DNA from: the human T2T-CHM13v2.0 reference genome, Homo sapiens
Length of the DNA: 64,000 nucleotides
Assembly (NCBI RefSeq): GCF_009914755.1
Contig: NC_060933.1
Direction: 5' to 3' (one strand)
Shown piece by piece: positions 11,171-27,470 of this stretch; within the stretch, counting starts at the first letter, position 1, and every line of letters begins with the position of its first letter. The position numbers were made by a program, and so were the translations under genes. Below the pieces are notes generated by a model. That model was not told where the DNA came from. It did not search any database and was given only the letters and a program-made list of their open reading frames with translations.

Positions 11171-14100
11171 CACTATTCCATGGTGTATACGTGCTGCATT
11201 TTCTTAATCAGTTCTATCATTGATGGACATTTGGGTTGGTTCCAAGTCTTTGCTATTGTGAATAGTGCTGCAATAAACATACATGTGCTTGTGTCTTTAT
11301 AGTGGCATGATTTATAATCCTTTGGGTATATGCCCAGTAATGGGATTGCTGGGTCAGATGGTATTTCTAGTTCTAGATCCTGGAGGAATGGCCACACTGT
11401 CTTCCACAGTGGTGGAACTAATTTGCAATCCCTCCAACAGTGTAAAAGCCTTCCTATTTTTCCACATGCTTTCCAGCATCTGTTGTTGCCTGACTTTCAA
11501 ATAATCACCATTCTAACTGGCGTGAGATTGTATCTCACTGTGGTTTTGATTTGCATTTCTCTGATGACCATTGATGATGAGCATTTTCTCATGTGTCTGT
11601 TGGCTGCATAGATGTCTTCTTTTGAGAAGTGTCTGTCCATATCCTTTGCCCAATTTTTGATGGTGTTTTTTTCTTGTAAATTTGTTTAAGTTTTTTGTAG
11701 ATTCTGGATACTAGCCCTTTGTCAGATGGGTAGATTGCCAACAATTTTCTCCCCTTCTGTAGGTTGTCTGTTCATGCTGTTGGTAGTTTCTCTTACTGTG
11801 CAGAAGCGCTTTAGTTTAATTAGATCTGATTTGTCTATTCTGGCTTTTGTTGCCATTGTTTTTGGTATTTTAGTCATGAAATCTTTGCCCATGCCTATGA
11901 CCTGAATGATGTAGCCTAGGATTTCTTCTAGGGTTTTTATGGTTTTAGGCCTAACATTTAAGCCTTTAATCCCTGTTGAATTAATTTGTGTATAAGGTGT
12001 AAGGAAGGGATCCAGTTTCAGCTTTCTACCTATGACTAGCTAGTTTTCCCAGCACCATTTATTAAATAGGGAATCCTTTCTCCATTGCTTGTTTTTGTCA
12101 GGTTTTTCAAAGATCAGATGGTTGTAGATGTGTGGTGTTATTTCTGAGGCCTCTGTTCTGTTCCATTGGTCTATAGATCTGTTTTGATATCGGTACCATG
12201 CTGTTTGGTTACTGTAGCCTTGTAGTATAGATTGAAGTCAGATAGTGTGATGCCTCTGGCTTTGTTCTTTTTGCTTAGATTGTCTTGGCGATATGGGCTC
12301 TTTTTTGGTTCCATATGAACTTTAAAGTAGTATTTTCTAATTCTGTGAAGAAAGTCATTCGTAGCTTGATGGGGATGGCATTGTATCTGTAAATTACCTA
12401 GGGCAGTATGACCATTTTCACAATATTGGTTATTCCTATCCATGAGCATGGAATGTTCTTCCATTTGTTTGTGTCCTCTTTTATTTTGTTGAGCAGTGAT
12501 TTGTAGTTTTCCTTGAAGAGGTCGTTCACATCCCTTGTAAGATGTATTCCAAGGTATTTTATTCTCTTTGTAGCAATTGTCAATGGGAGCTCACTCATGA
12601 TTTGGCTCTCTGTTTGTCTGTTATTGGTGTATAGAAATTCTTGTGATTTTTGCATATTGATTTCTTATCCTGAGACTTTGCTAAAGTTCTTATCAGCTTA
12701 AGGAGATTTTGGGCTGAGACGATGGGGTTTTCTAAATATACAATCATGTCATCTGCAAACAGAGATAATTTGACTTCCTAATTGAATACCTTTGTTTCTT
12801 TCTCTTGCCTGATTGCCCTGGCTGTGGGTTTGTCATAAATAGCTGTTATTATTTTGAGATACATTTCATCAATATGTAGTTTATTGAGAGTTTTTAGCAG
12901 GAAAGACTGTTGAATTTTGTCAAAGGCCTTTTCTATATCTATGGAGACAGTCATGTGGTTTGTCATTGATTCTGTTTATATGATGGATTACATTTATTAA
13001 TTTGTGTATGTTGTACCAGCCTTGCATTCCAGGGATGAAGACTACTTGATCGTGGTGGATAAGCTTTTTGATATGCTGCTGGATTCCATTTGCCAGTATT
13101 TTATTGAGGATTTTCACATCGATGTTCATCAAGGATATTGGTCTAAAATTCTCTTTTTTTTGTTTTGTCTCTGCCAGGGTTTGGTATCAGGATGATACTG
13201 GTCCCATAAAATGAATTAGGGAGGATTTCCTCTTTTTCTATTGATTGGAATAGTTTCAGAAGGAATGGTACCAGCTCCTTTTTGTACCTCTGGTAGGATT
13301 CAGCTGTGAATCCATCTGGTCCTGGATATTTTTTTGTTGGTATGCTATTAATTATTGCCTCAATTTTCAGATCCTGTTATTGGTCTATTCAGAGATTCAA
13401 CTTCTTCCTGGTTTAATCTTGGGAGGGTGTATGTGTCCAGGAATTTATCCATTTCTTCTAGATTTTCTAGTTTATTTGTGTAGAGGAGTTTATAGTATTC
13501 TCTGATGGTAGTTTGTATTTCTGTGGGATCAGTGATGATATACCATTTATCTTTTTTTATTGTGTCTATTTGATTCTTGTCTTTTTTCTTCTTTATTAGT
13601 CTTGCTAGTGGTCTATCAATTTTGTTGATCTTTCAAAAAATCAGCTCCTAAATTCATTGATTTTTTAAGGGTTTTTTGTGTCTCTATCTCCTTTAGTTCT
13701 GCTCTGATCTTTCTTGCCTTTTGCTTGTTTTTGAATTTGTTTGCTCCTGTTTCTCTAGTTCTTTTAATTGTGATGTGGGGCTGTCAATTTTAAATCTTTC
13801 CTGCTTTCTCTTGTGGGCATTTAGTGCTATAAATTTCCCTCTGCACACTGCTTTAGATGTGTCCCAGAGATTCTGGTGTTTTTTGTCTTTGTTCTCACTG
13901 GTTTCAAAGAACATCTTTATTTTTGCCTTCATTTCGTTATTTGCCCAGTAGCCATTCAGAAGCAGGTTGTTCTGTTTCCATGTGTTTGGGCCATTTTGAG
14001 TGAGTTTCTTAATTCTAAGTTCTAATTTGATTGCACTGTGATCTGAGAGACAGTTTGTTGTGATGTCTGTTCTTTTACATTTGATGAGGAGTGCTTACTT

Positions 14101-16840
14101 CCAATTATGTGATCAATTTTAGAATAACTGCAATGTGGTGCTGAGAAGAATGTTTATTCTGGTGATACGGGGTGGAGAATTCTGTAAATTTCTATTAGGT
14201 CCACTTGGTGCAGAGCTGAGTTCAAGTTCTGGATATCCTTGTTAACCTTCTGTCTTGTTGATCTGTCTAATATTGACAGTGGAGTGTTAAAGTCTCCCAT
14301 TATTATTGTGTGGGAGTCTAAGTCTGTTTGTAGGTATCTAAGGACTTACTTTACGAATCTGGGTGCTCCTGTATTGAGTGCATATATATTTAGGGTAGTT
14401 AGCGCTTCTTGCTGAATTGATCCTTTTACCATTATGTAATGGCCTTCTTTGTGTCTTTTGATCTTTGTTGGTTTAAATTCTGTTTTATCAGAGACTAGGA
14501 TTGCAACCCCTGCTTTTTTTTAATTTTTAATTTTTTTGCTTTCCATTTTCTTGGTAGATCTTCCTCCATCCCTTTATTTTGAGCCTATGTGTGTCTCTGC
14601 ATGTGAGATGGGTCTCCTGAATACAGCACACTGATGGGTCTTGACTCTTTATCCAATTTGACAGTCTATGTCTTTTTATTGAGTCATTTAGCCCATTTAC
14701 ATTTAAGGTCAATACTGTTATGTGTGAATTTGATCCTGTCATTGTTATGTTAGCTCACTGTTTTTCCTGTTAATTGATGCAGCTTCTTCATAGTATCGAT
14801 GGTCTTTACAATTTGGCATATTTTTTGCAGTGGCTGGTACTGGTAGTTCCTTTCCATGCTTAGTGCTTCCTTCAGGAGCTCTTTTAAGGCAGGCCAGGAG
14901 GTCTCAAAATCTCTCAGCATTTGCTTGTCTGTAAAGGATTTTACTTCTCCCTCACTTATGAAGCTTAGTTTAGCTGGATATGAAATTCTGGGCTGAAAAT
15001 TCTTATCTTTAAGAATGTTGAATATTGACCCCCACTCTCTTCTGGCTTCTAGGGTTTCTGCTGAGAGATCTGCTATTAGTCTGATGGGTTTCCCCTTGTG
15101 GGTAACCCGACCTTTCTCTCTGGCTGCCCTTAACATTTTTTCCTTCATTTCAACCCTGGTGAATCTGACAATTAGTATCTTGGGGTTGCTCTTATCCAGA
15201 AGTAACTTTGTGGTGTTGTCTGTATTTCCTGAATTTGAATGCTGGCCTGCCTTGCTACATTGGGAAAATTCTCCTGAATAACATCCTAAGGAGTGTTTTC
15301 CAACTTGGTTCCATTCTCTCTGTCACATTTAGGTACACCAAGCAAACATAGATTTGGTCTTTTCACATAGTCCCATTTTTCCTGGAGGCTTTGTTCATTT
15401 CTTTTCACTCTTTTTACTCTAAACTTGTCTTCTCACTTTATTTTATTAATTTGATCTTCGATCACTGATATCCTTTCTTCCACTGGATTGAATCAGCTAT
15501 TGAAGCTTGTGCATGTGTCACAGAGTTCTTGTGCCATGGTTATCAGCTCCATAAGGTCATTTAAGGTATTCTCTACACTGTTTATTCTAGTTAGCCATTG
15601 TCTGACCTTTTTTCAAGGTTTTTAGCTTCCTTGCGATGTGTTCAAACATGCTCTTTTAGCTTGGAGAAGTTTGTTATTACCAGCCTTCTGAAGCCTCCTT
15701 CTGTCAACTCATCAAAGTCACTCTCCCTCCAGCTTTGTTCCATTGCTGGTGAGGAGCTGCAATCCTTTGGAAGAAAAGAGGTGCTCTGGTTTGTAGGATT
15801 TTCAGCTTTTCTGTTCTGGTTTCTTCCCATCTTTGTGGTTTTATCTATCTTTGGTATTTGATGTTGGTAACCTACAGATGGGGTTTTGGTGTGGATGTCC
15901 TTTTTGTTTATGTTGATGCTATTCCTTTCTGTTTGTTAGTTTTCCTTCTAACAGTCAGGTCCCTCAGCTGCAGGTCTGTTGGAGTTTGCTGGAGGTCCAC
16001 TCCAGACCCTGTTTGCCTGGATATCAACAGAGAAGGCTGCAGAACAGCAAATATTGCTGCTTGATCCTTCCCTGGAAGCTTCGTTGAAGAGGGTCTCCCA
16101 CCTGTATGAGGTGTCTGTTGGCCCGTACTATGAGATGTCTCCCAGTTAGGCTACACGGGGTTCAGGGACCCATTTGAGGAGGCAGTATGTCCATTCTCAG
16201 AGCACAAACACCATGCCAGGAGAACCACTGCTCTCTTCAGAGCTGTCAGATGGGAGGTTTAAGTCTGCAGAAGTTTCTGCTGCCTTTTATTCAGCTGTGC
16301 CCTGCCCGCAGAGGTGGAGTTTATAAAGGCAGTAGGCCTTGCTGAGCCGTGAGTGGCTCTACCCTGTTCAAGCTTCCTGGCCACTTTGTTTACCTACTGA
16401 AACCTCAAAAATTGTGGATTCACCTCCACCTGCTCAGCTGCAGCATGAAGGTTAATCTCAGACTGCTGCACTGGCAGTAAGCAAGGCCCTATGGGTGTGG
16501 GACCCAATGAATCAGGCACAGGAGAGAATCTCCTGGTCTGCCAGTTGCTAAGACTGTGCAAAAAGTGCAGTATTTGGGCAAGAGTGTCCTGTTTTTCCAG
16601 GTACAGTCTGTCATGCCTTCCCTTGGCTAGGAAAGGAAAATCCCCAAACCCCTTGCACTTCCTGGGTGAGTTGATGCCCTGCCCTGCTTCAGCTCACCCT
16701 CCATGGGATGAACTCACTGTCCAATCAGTCCCAATGAGATGAATCAGGTAGCTCAGTTGGAAACGCAGAAATCACCCATCTTGCATTGATCACACTGGGA
16801 GCTGCAGACCAGAGCTCTTCCTATTTGGCTATATTGGAAT
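11171..16840 (-). mobile_element. Near full-length L1PA (L1PA6-8-like), ORFs disrupted, 3' tip missing
   Basis: ORF1 (MKEKMLRAAREKG), ORF2 start (MTGSNSHITVLTLNVNGLN) and a 5' UTR ending ~16840. Internal ~110-bp deletion at ~12820 between TGGC microhomologies. Confidence 0.95.
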
Positions 16841-16954
16841 GAGAGTTTAAATCAATCAGTTTAATATATCACATTAACAGAGAAAAAGATGTAAACCACA
16901 CAATCATCTCAAATAATGCAGAAAAGTCAACTGACAGTATTAATCATCTTTTCA

Positions 16955-17353
<399 letters not shown>

Positions 17354-18091
17354 TCATCACTAATATTACACTGAATTCTGAAGTGTGGAAAGTTTATCCT
17401 CTAAGGTTAAGAATAAGGCAAGATATTCACTGTTGTCACATCTATTCAAAAATATCAGTGAAAGTCCTGGTAAAACAACTAAGCAATGAAAAAAAGAAAA
17501 GATCCACATTCTAAAGGAAGAAGTAAAATTACCTGTTACTTATGATATGATGTTATATACAAAAAATCCTATATGCTGAAAACAATACCTGTTAGAACTA
17601 ATAGTTGCATTTAGCAAAATTGCAGAATACAAAATTAAGTGTATTTCTCTTCATTACACGGTACAATCCAAGTTTTTAAAATTCCATTGAAAATAGCATT
17701 AAGAAGAATATACTTTGGAATAAACAAGCAAAGAGATGTAAGACTAGTATACTAGAAGTTACAAGATGTTGCTGAAGAAAAGTCACAAACAATGGGGAAG
17801 ATATTCTATATTTGTAGATTAGACAATTGAAAAGATATCCCATATTCATAAATTAGAAAACAATATTCTTAAGTCTATACTAATGAAATCAACAACAGAT
17901 TAAATGCAATAGCTATATAAATCATAACAATATTTACTTGCAGAAATACAAAATTCTAAAACATATGAAATCTCAAGATTGAAAATAGCCAATTAAACTT
18001 GTAAAATAATGTCAATTGTGGAGCCCTCACAATTTTTAAATCAAAAACTAATTGCAGTGCTGTTGAACTCTTTTCAAATGTGGTATTTTGA

Positions 18092-18388
18092 GGCCAGGTT
18101 CTATGGCTTACACGTGTAACCTCAGCACTTTGTGAGGCTGAGGTAGGAGGATTGCTTGAACCCAGGAGTTCAAACCACACTGGACATCCTAGTGAGAACA
18201 CCCATCGCTAAAAAAACAATTAAAATTAAAATTAACCTGGCAATGTGACATGAACCTGTAGTCTCAGCTATTCCAGAGGCTGAAGTGAGAGGATTTTTTA
18301 AGCCTGGGAGGGCAAGGCTGCAGTGAGCCATGGTCGCACCAGTGCACCCCAGCCTGGATGACAGAGAACCTGTCTCAAAAAGTAAAAA
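18092..18388 (+). mobile_element. AluJ
   Basis: Diverged dimeric Alu (GGATTGCTTGAACCCAGGAGTTC). Confidence 0.9.
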
Positions 18389-19224
18389 GGAGAAAATCTA
18401 AAAAGAAATGTATTAAATCAAGACGTGTAGACATAGAAAATAATAGAGACCCCTCTCTCCACAAAACCTTGTATATATGGTCAAAATGATCTTCAACAAG
18501 GGTGCAAAGGCCAAACTATGGAGAGGGAATAATAGCCCCCTTTAACACAAAAACGGTATGAAGTTTTGCTATCAACATGTAAAATATAGAAGTCAGAATT
18601 GTAGTTTATACTATATTTTTTTAAAAACTCAAAATGTGTAAGTCTGAAAGTCTTACACAAAAATATAAGGGAAAAATAGCCAAAATTATGCCATGGAATT
18701 TGGCAATGGGTTCTTGACTGCCAGCAGCCCCACATCCCTGGAGCATCCATCCGCTCACCGCTGCCTGGTGCTGGGTCCTTCCACACCTGTCACACTGCTT
18801 TGTGTGGGGCTCTGAGGGGCACGAGCCAGGACACCAGGCCGAGCACAGGGCACAGGCCGGGCGTTCTCCGGCTATTCGATGGCAGGCTGTCCCCATGACA
18901 GCCTCAGGCGCAGGAGGGAGGACGGCCTGATTCGAGTCTGCGGAAGGAGGAAGAAGCTCATTTCCTGAGCCAGCAGGGACACAGAGGTGGATGCGGGACA
19001 CAGGGACACAGGGGTGGATGCCATAAAAATATATGGCATATATTTTGAAACATGGCCGCAATTTGAATAATTAGAGTGTTATGCTGAAACTGCACCAAAA
19101 TTTATCATTCCAGTGACTACATGGAATTTTTAATAGTTGTTATTTTTATAATAAAATTAAACTTTAATGAAATAACTGACTTTCAAACTTCAGCAAGAGG
19201 ACAAATATTCAGCCAGAGGTATCA

Positions 19225-19614
19225 GTTCCCGGTTTCTGCTTCGGGTCCTCTCTGGTCTCCCACAGCCCCTCCTGCATCACCCAGGTCTAAGGGGCCACCT
19301 GGCCTGGCCTGTGTTCCCTCGTCCCTCCCCTTCCCCACCCAGATCCTGCAGCGCCTTCCTGGGGCAGGGGCGGCGAACCGTCCAGAGCGGGAGGCTCCAT
19401 CGCCCAGGGCAGCACCGCTCCGCCCCTCTCCACACCTGCCCAGCCCCTGGCAAGGGAGTCGCCTGGGCCTGGCCCGCTGCCCGCCCCCCAATGCCTGCCC
19501 TGTGCCTGCAACGGCGACGCTGCCAACAAGAGGTGCCAGAGACCGCGGCGCAACCCGCCCGGAGAGCAGGGTCCCACTCACCTGGGAGCGGGGGCACGTC
19601 CCTTCCGGTAGGCG
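19225..19614 (-). promoter_or_regulatory. CpG-island fragment with ETS motif and first-exon-type splice donor
   Basis: GC/CpG-rich. Minus-strand CCGGAAG at 19608-19602 and CAG|GTGAGT at 19584-19576. Abrupt switch to AT-rich DNA at 19615. Confidence 0.5.
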
Positions 19615-19891
19615 ATGAGTTAAGATTGTTTCCTTATTTATTTTACTTAAAACTGGTAGAATGTCACTATTATATGAAGTACCCATGACTCTCTCAGTAA
19701 ATTTGAGCAAACGTTTATTAGTTTTTGTCAGTTTAACTAGTTCTTTTGTGTCTATTATTAAGGTGAAATTTAACTTCTATCTGAAATCAGTAAGATAGAG
19801 ATTTTAATGACAAGTGAATATTTTTTCCTCAGGGGGAACTGAATTATGAGTTGAATGAATGAATTATGAATTAAATGAATGAATTCATTAG

Positions 19892-21695
<1,804 letters not shown>

Positions 21696-21778
21696 GTATA
21701 CTCATCTGAACGCAGATGATACTCCAGTGTATGTTCTGTGGTTGATGAATGAAGTGTATTGTAATTCCAAATGGTCAA

Positions 21779-22500
21779 GCCAGACCCTGCCCCCGCCCGG
21801 CTCCTCCTCTGCCAGAGCTGGATACCTCTAGCCAGGGGGCCTCTAGAGCCACTGGGGATGGGGCTGAGGGCCGCTTCCCGCCCCCGTGCAGCTGCTGCAG
21901 GGCAGACCGCCTGGCTTGGCCGCAGCCACAGGGACATCTGGCCCTGCTTCCGAGATGTGGGGAGTGCGGGCAGGCTCAGGAGTTGCCTGGAGGCTGCTGC
22001 CTGCACACAGAAGGCGGCTGCAGCTTGGGAGCCCAGGCGGGCTGGAGGGGCATGGCCTGGTCGGCCTCGGGATCGCCAGCGCGCCCAGCCTGAGGGTCCC
22101 CAGGCCGTGCCTCCCACCCACTCCTCCACCTGAGAGAGATCGGGGCCGCTGTCATGGGCACTCGGCAGTCACCCCGTGTGGGGTTGAGCGGCGGGTTTTC
22201 AGTTCTCGCCCCTGTGCAGCCGCCACCGCCGGGCAGAATGCCTGGCTTGGCCACAGCCACAGGGACACCTGGCCCTGGTTCTGCGAGACTGGGAGCGCAA
22301 GCAGGCTCAAGGGTTGCCAGGCAGCTGCTGCCTGCACACAGAGGGCGACTGCAGCTTGTGCACCCAGGCGGCGGAGCATGGTCTGGGTGGCCTCTGGAAT
22401 GCGTGCGCACCAGGCCTGAGGGCCTCCCTGGTGGTGCCACCTGCCCCAGTCTTCCTCTGCTGGAGCCTGGAGCAGCTGGAATGGCCACTCTGCAGTCACA
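21779..22500. repeat. ACRO1-like GC-rich satellite block 1
   Basis: Motif GCCTGGCTTGGCC.CAGCCAC at 21909 and 22240. 21779-22445 is a direct copy of 26037-26704. Family name from memory. Confidence 0.8.
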
Positions 22501-22504
22501 GGGG

Positions 22505-25500
22505 ATAGAGTTAAGTTTTCTTATCCCACACATGCACACAAAAAGGTAACTATTCTGTGAGGTAATTAACATGTTCATTGACTTCGTTTTGGTAATCATT
22601 TCAGAATGTGCATATAAACGCATCACGTACAATTTTTATTTCTCTATTACACCTCAGTAAAGCTGAAATAATTAACAGGATTGAAAGGATAAACCCACAG
22701 TTCTATAGTCACAGTTGGACACTTCAATACCTCATTTTAATTAATGGATAGAAAAACCAGACAGAAGCTTCATGAGAAATACAAGAGTTAAACAACGGTA
22801 TAAGCCACTGAGAGCTAATACGCATATACAGGACAGTCCATCCAACAACAGCAGAATATACATTCCTTTCAAGTGTATATGGAAGTTCTCTAGGATGGGC
22901 CATATCTTCGTCCACAAAATATGTCCTAATCATTTTTAAAAGTTTGAAATCATACAAAATATAATTTACAACCACAATGGAAGAAACAACAGATAAATAA
23001 GTGAAAACTGGAAAATTCACGAAAATGTGGAAATTAAACAATACAGTCTTCAACTACCAGTGAGTGAAAAAAATAAATCACAAGCAAAATTATAAAATAT
23101 CTTGAGATAAATTAAAATAAAAACAAAACATACCAAAACTTATTGAATGCAGTGAAAGTAGAGTTCAAAGGAAAATGTATGGATATAAACAACTACATTT
23201 AAGAAAAATCTGAAATCAACATCCTCACTCTATACCTAAAGGCAGTGGAAGAAGACAAAATAAGACTAAATCCAAAGCTAGCAGTATGAAAGAAATAATA
23301 GAGAGCATAATTAGAGCATAAATCAATAAAATAGAAGTTTGGAGAGCAGTAGAATGAATAAACATAGATTATTTGAAAGATCAAGCCTTTCACTATATTG
23401 ACTGAGCAAAAGATGGAAGACTAATTATTAAAATAATAAATGAAAGCAGAGCCATTACTACCAACTTTACAGAAATACAAAAGGATTACAGGAGTATACT
23501 GTGAACAACTGTCTAACAACAAATTAGCTGCCCTGGATGAAATGGACGAATCACTAGAAAGACACAAACTACCAAAGTGGCTCAAGAAGAAAGAGAAAAT
23601 CTGAATAGACCTATAACCTAGGAGATTGAATTAGTAATCGAAAGTGATTAACAAAGAAACATTTATGACCAAATAGCTGCATTAACTGGTGAGTCAACCT
23701 AACATTTAAAGAAGAATTAATACCATTTCTTCTCAAACTCTTCTGACATAATATATGAAGAAGGAATACTTGCTAATTCATTTTTTGATAACAGCATTAT
23801 CCTTCTACCAAAGCCAAAGAGAGCACAAAAAGAGAACTACAGCACAATATCCCTTATGAATATATAAGCAAAAATCTCAGCAAAATACTAGCAGCAATAC
23901 TGTATAATCAAAGGATTGTAAACTATCACCCTGTGAGATTTATCCCCAAAATGCAAGGGTGGCTCAACATATAAAAAATCAATCACTGTAATATACTCTA
24001 ACAGTAAAATGAATAAGCACGTGATTATTTCAATTGATGCAGAGAAAACATTGATGAAATACAACACCCTTCTATAATAAAAATACTCAATAAACTAGGC
24101 ATAGAAGGGATTTTCTGCAACGTGACAATAGGATGTACAAAAACCCAACAGTTAATATCATGATCAATGATGAAACACTGAAAGCTGTTTTCCTAACATC
24201 TAGAACAAGACAAGCATGGTGCATTTGCCACTTGTGTTCAATGTACCACTGGCAATTTTAGCCAGAGCAATTAGGCAAGACAAAGAAATAAAAGGCATCT
24301 AAATTAGAAATAAAAAACAGAAGTAAAATTATATCTACACATGATCTTATGTGTATAAAGCTCCAAATAAAACACAAAACCGATTATAACTAATAAAAGA
24401 GGCAGGATGCAAAACAAACATAGGCAAATGAGCTATATTTCTATATAGTTGTAAAGAACTATGAAAATATTTTAAAAATTCCATTTATAATAGCATCAAA
24501 GAATAAGTTATTCAGGCATAAATCTAACCATGGTGGTATACACAAAACTTTGCTGAAAAAAACGAAAGAGAGTGGAAATAACCGGAAAGACATTCTGTGT
24601 TCACGGGTTGTAAGACAATACTGTTAAGATGACAATACCATCTAAAGTAATCTACAGATTCAATGCAATACCATCAAAATCCCAAAGGCATTTCTGCAGA
24701 AAGAAAGAAACTCATTCTACAATTCATACAAAAATTCAAAGGATCTGACAGACAAAACAGTCTTGAAAAAGAATATTAGAAAACTCACAGTTTTCAGTTT
24801 CACAGCCTACTACAAATCTACAGTAATCAAGAGAGTGTGGTACTGGCATAAGACTAATAGACTTTTAGACCAATACAATAGAACAGATTTAAGATCCTAC
24901 AAATTAGTGCTCACATATATGGTCAATGACTGTTCAACAAGCTGTCCAAGTCTAGTCAAGGGAGGAAAGAACAGTCTCTTCAACAGCTGGATGTCAGTGC
25001 ACAAGAGAGAAGTTAGACCCCTACCTTGCAGTATACACGAAAATTAATTCTAAATTAATAAAAGACTTACATGTAAGGACTAAAGTATGTAACTCTTAGA
25101 AGAAAACACAAGGTAAACCTTTATGACCTTTGAGTTTTAAGTGTATTTTGAAATATGACAGAAAAGCACAGATAACAAAAGAAAATACACGTAAATTAGA
25201 TTTAATCAAAATAAAAAACCTTTATGCATCAAAGGATACTATCAAGGGAGTTAAAAGACAACCCATAGTATGTGAGAAAATATGTATCTGATAAAATCAA
25301 AGTGCGTATCTGATAAAAGCTTAATATCCCACAACTCAACATGAGAATTTCTAACATCCCAATTAAAAAATAGGCAAAGGACTTGAATAGACATTTCTCC
25401 GAAGAAGATACACAAATGTGTAAGACGGATAAGAAAAGATGCTAAACACTGTTATTCATTAATAAAATGCAAGACAAAACCCAAATGAGATACCACTTTG

Positions 25501-25645
25501 CATCCACTAGTAAGGCTTTCATAACAACGACACAGAAAATCAATGTTGCTAAGGAGGTGGAGAAATTGGAGCCCTCATGAACTGGCTGCTAGGAATAGAA
25601 AATGATGCACTTGCCGTGGAAAACAATTTGGTGGTTCCTCACAGA
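22505..25645 (+). mobile_element. Old L1M fragments (3' tip, then ORF2) forming the spacer of an ACRO composite unit
   Basis: ORF2-like peptide YYKSTVIKRVWYWHK; A-rich strand. Confidence 0.85.
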
Positions 25646-25659
25646 ATCACACAGAGAAA

Positions 25660-26704
25660 CAAGAGCTGCTGGCTTCCGGGTTCTCCTGGGCTGGCGCGGT
25701 ACGTCCCGGAATCGCAGGCGCGCATCCCTTCCCGCCTGAGGGCCTGCCTGGCCGTGACTCCCGCCCCTCTTCTCCTCCGAAGAGACGTCGGGGCCGCTCC
25801 AGGGGCCGTCCGCAGCCACCGGGGATGGGGCTGAGGGTCGGTTCCTGCCCCGGTGCAGCCGCCGCCGAGCAGACCGCCTGGCTTGGCCGCAGCCACGGCG
25901 ACATCCAGGCCCGGGTCTGCGAGGCTGGGCGCGCCAGCCAGCTTGGGAGTTGCCTGGCGCCTGTAGCTGGGCGCCCAGGTGGTGGAGCATGGCCTGGGCG
26001 GCCTCTGGATCGCAAGTGCCCCTGGCCTGAGAGCCCGCCAGACCCTGCCCCCGCCCGGCTCCTCCTATGCCAGAGCTCGACACCTCTAGCCAAGGGCCCT
26101 CTGCAGCCACGGGGGATAGGGCTGAGGGCCGGTTCCCGCCCCCGTGCAGCTGCTGCAGGGCAGACCGCCTGGCTTGGCCGCAGCCACACGGACATCTGGC
26201 CCTCGTTCCGAGATGTGGGAAGTGAGGGCGGACTCGGGAGTTGCCTGGAGGTTGCTGCCTGCACACAGAAGGCGGCTGCAGCTTGGGTGCCCAGGCGGGC
26301 TGGAGGTGCATGGCCTGGTCGGCCTCGGGATCGCCAGCGCGCCCAGCCTGAGGGCCCCCAGGCTGTGCCTCCCGCCCAGTCCTCCACCTGAGGGAGATCG
26401 GGGCCGTTGGTATGGGCCCTCAGCAGTCACCCCGTGTGGGGTTGAGCGGCGGCTTCTCAGTTCTCGCTCCTGTGCAGCCGCCGCCGCCGGTCAGAATGCC
26501 TGGCTTGGCCGCAGCCACTGGGACACCTGGCCCTAGTTCTGCGATGCTGACAGCGCGAGCGAGCTCGGGGGTTGCCAGGCAGCTGCTGCCTGCACACAGA
26601 GGGCGACTGCAGCTTGGGCGCCCAGTCGGCGGAGCATGGTCTGGGTGGCTGCTGGAATGCGTGCGCTCGAGGCCTGAGGGACCCACTGTTGGTGCCACCT
26701 GCCC
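25660..26704. repeat. ACRO1-like GC-rich satellite block 2
   Basis: Same motif at 25876, 26167 and 26498 (spacings of 291 and 331 bp). Confidence 0.8.
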
Positions 26705-27470
26705 TGCTCTGCGCCTCTCCGCGCCTGCGCCGGCGCCCCCTCCGCGCCTGCGCCCCCTCCGCGCCTGCGCCCGGCGCTCTGCGCCTCTCTGCCTTTGCGA
26801 AGGGCGCTCTGCCTTTGCTAGGGCGGAGCTGCCTTCTCCTCGGCAAAGACCCGGAGAGCATCGCGAGGGTGGAGCTGAGTTCTCCTCTGCACAGACTTCG
26901 GAGATACAGCGAAGGCGGAGCAGTGTTCGCCTCAGCACAGACCCGGGCGGGCGGGCCGTGGGTACCGCGAGGGCGGAGCTGCGTTCTGCTCAGCACACAC
27001 CCAGGGGACACCACGAAGGCAGAGCAGCGTTCTCCTCAGCACAGACCTTGGGGGCACTGCCTCGCTTTGGGACAACTCGGGGCCGCATCAACGGTGAATA
27101 AAATCCTTCCTGTTTGCAGCCCTGAATAATCAGGGTCAGAGACCAGTTAGAAGGGTTCAGTGTGGAAAACGGGAAACCAAAAGCCCCGCTGAATCCTGCC
27201 CACCGAGGTTCTCCCCAGCCAAGGTGAGGCGGCTGCAGTGCGAGATCCACACCGCAGCCTCGGAAGACAAATGCGGCATTCCTAATGCAGACATGACACC
27301 CAAAGTATGACACCCCCATTGCTCATGTAACAAGCACCTGTAATGCTAATGCGCTGCCTCAATACAAAAATATTAATATAAGATCCGCAATCCCCTCGCT
27401 GCCGTGCAGTCCAAAGACAGCCATCATAATAATCAACATTGACATAGTCAATACAAACTTAGTAACGAAC
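26705..27470 (+). repeat. TAR1 telomere-associated repeat with 29-bp/37-bp-type CpG repeats
   Basis: GCGCCTGCGC(CGGCGC) units, then repeated GCGAGGGCGGAGCTGCGTTCTCCTCAGCACAGAC-like units, then the typical TAR1 distal segment. Confidence 0.92.

Noticed and set aside
11171-16840. Active L1
   Set aside because: Both ORFs are fragmented, there is an internal deletion, and the 3' end is missing.
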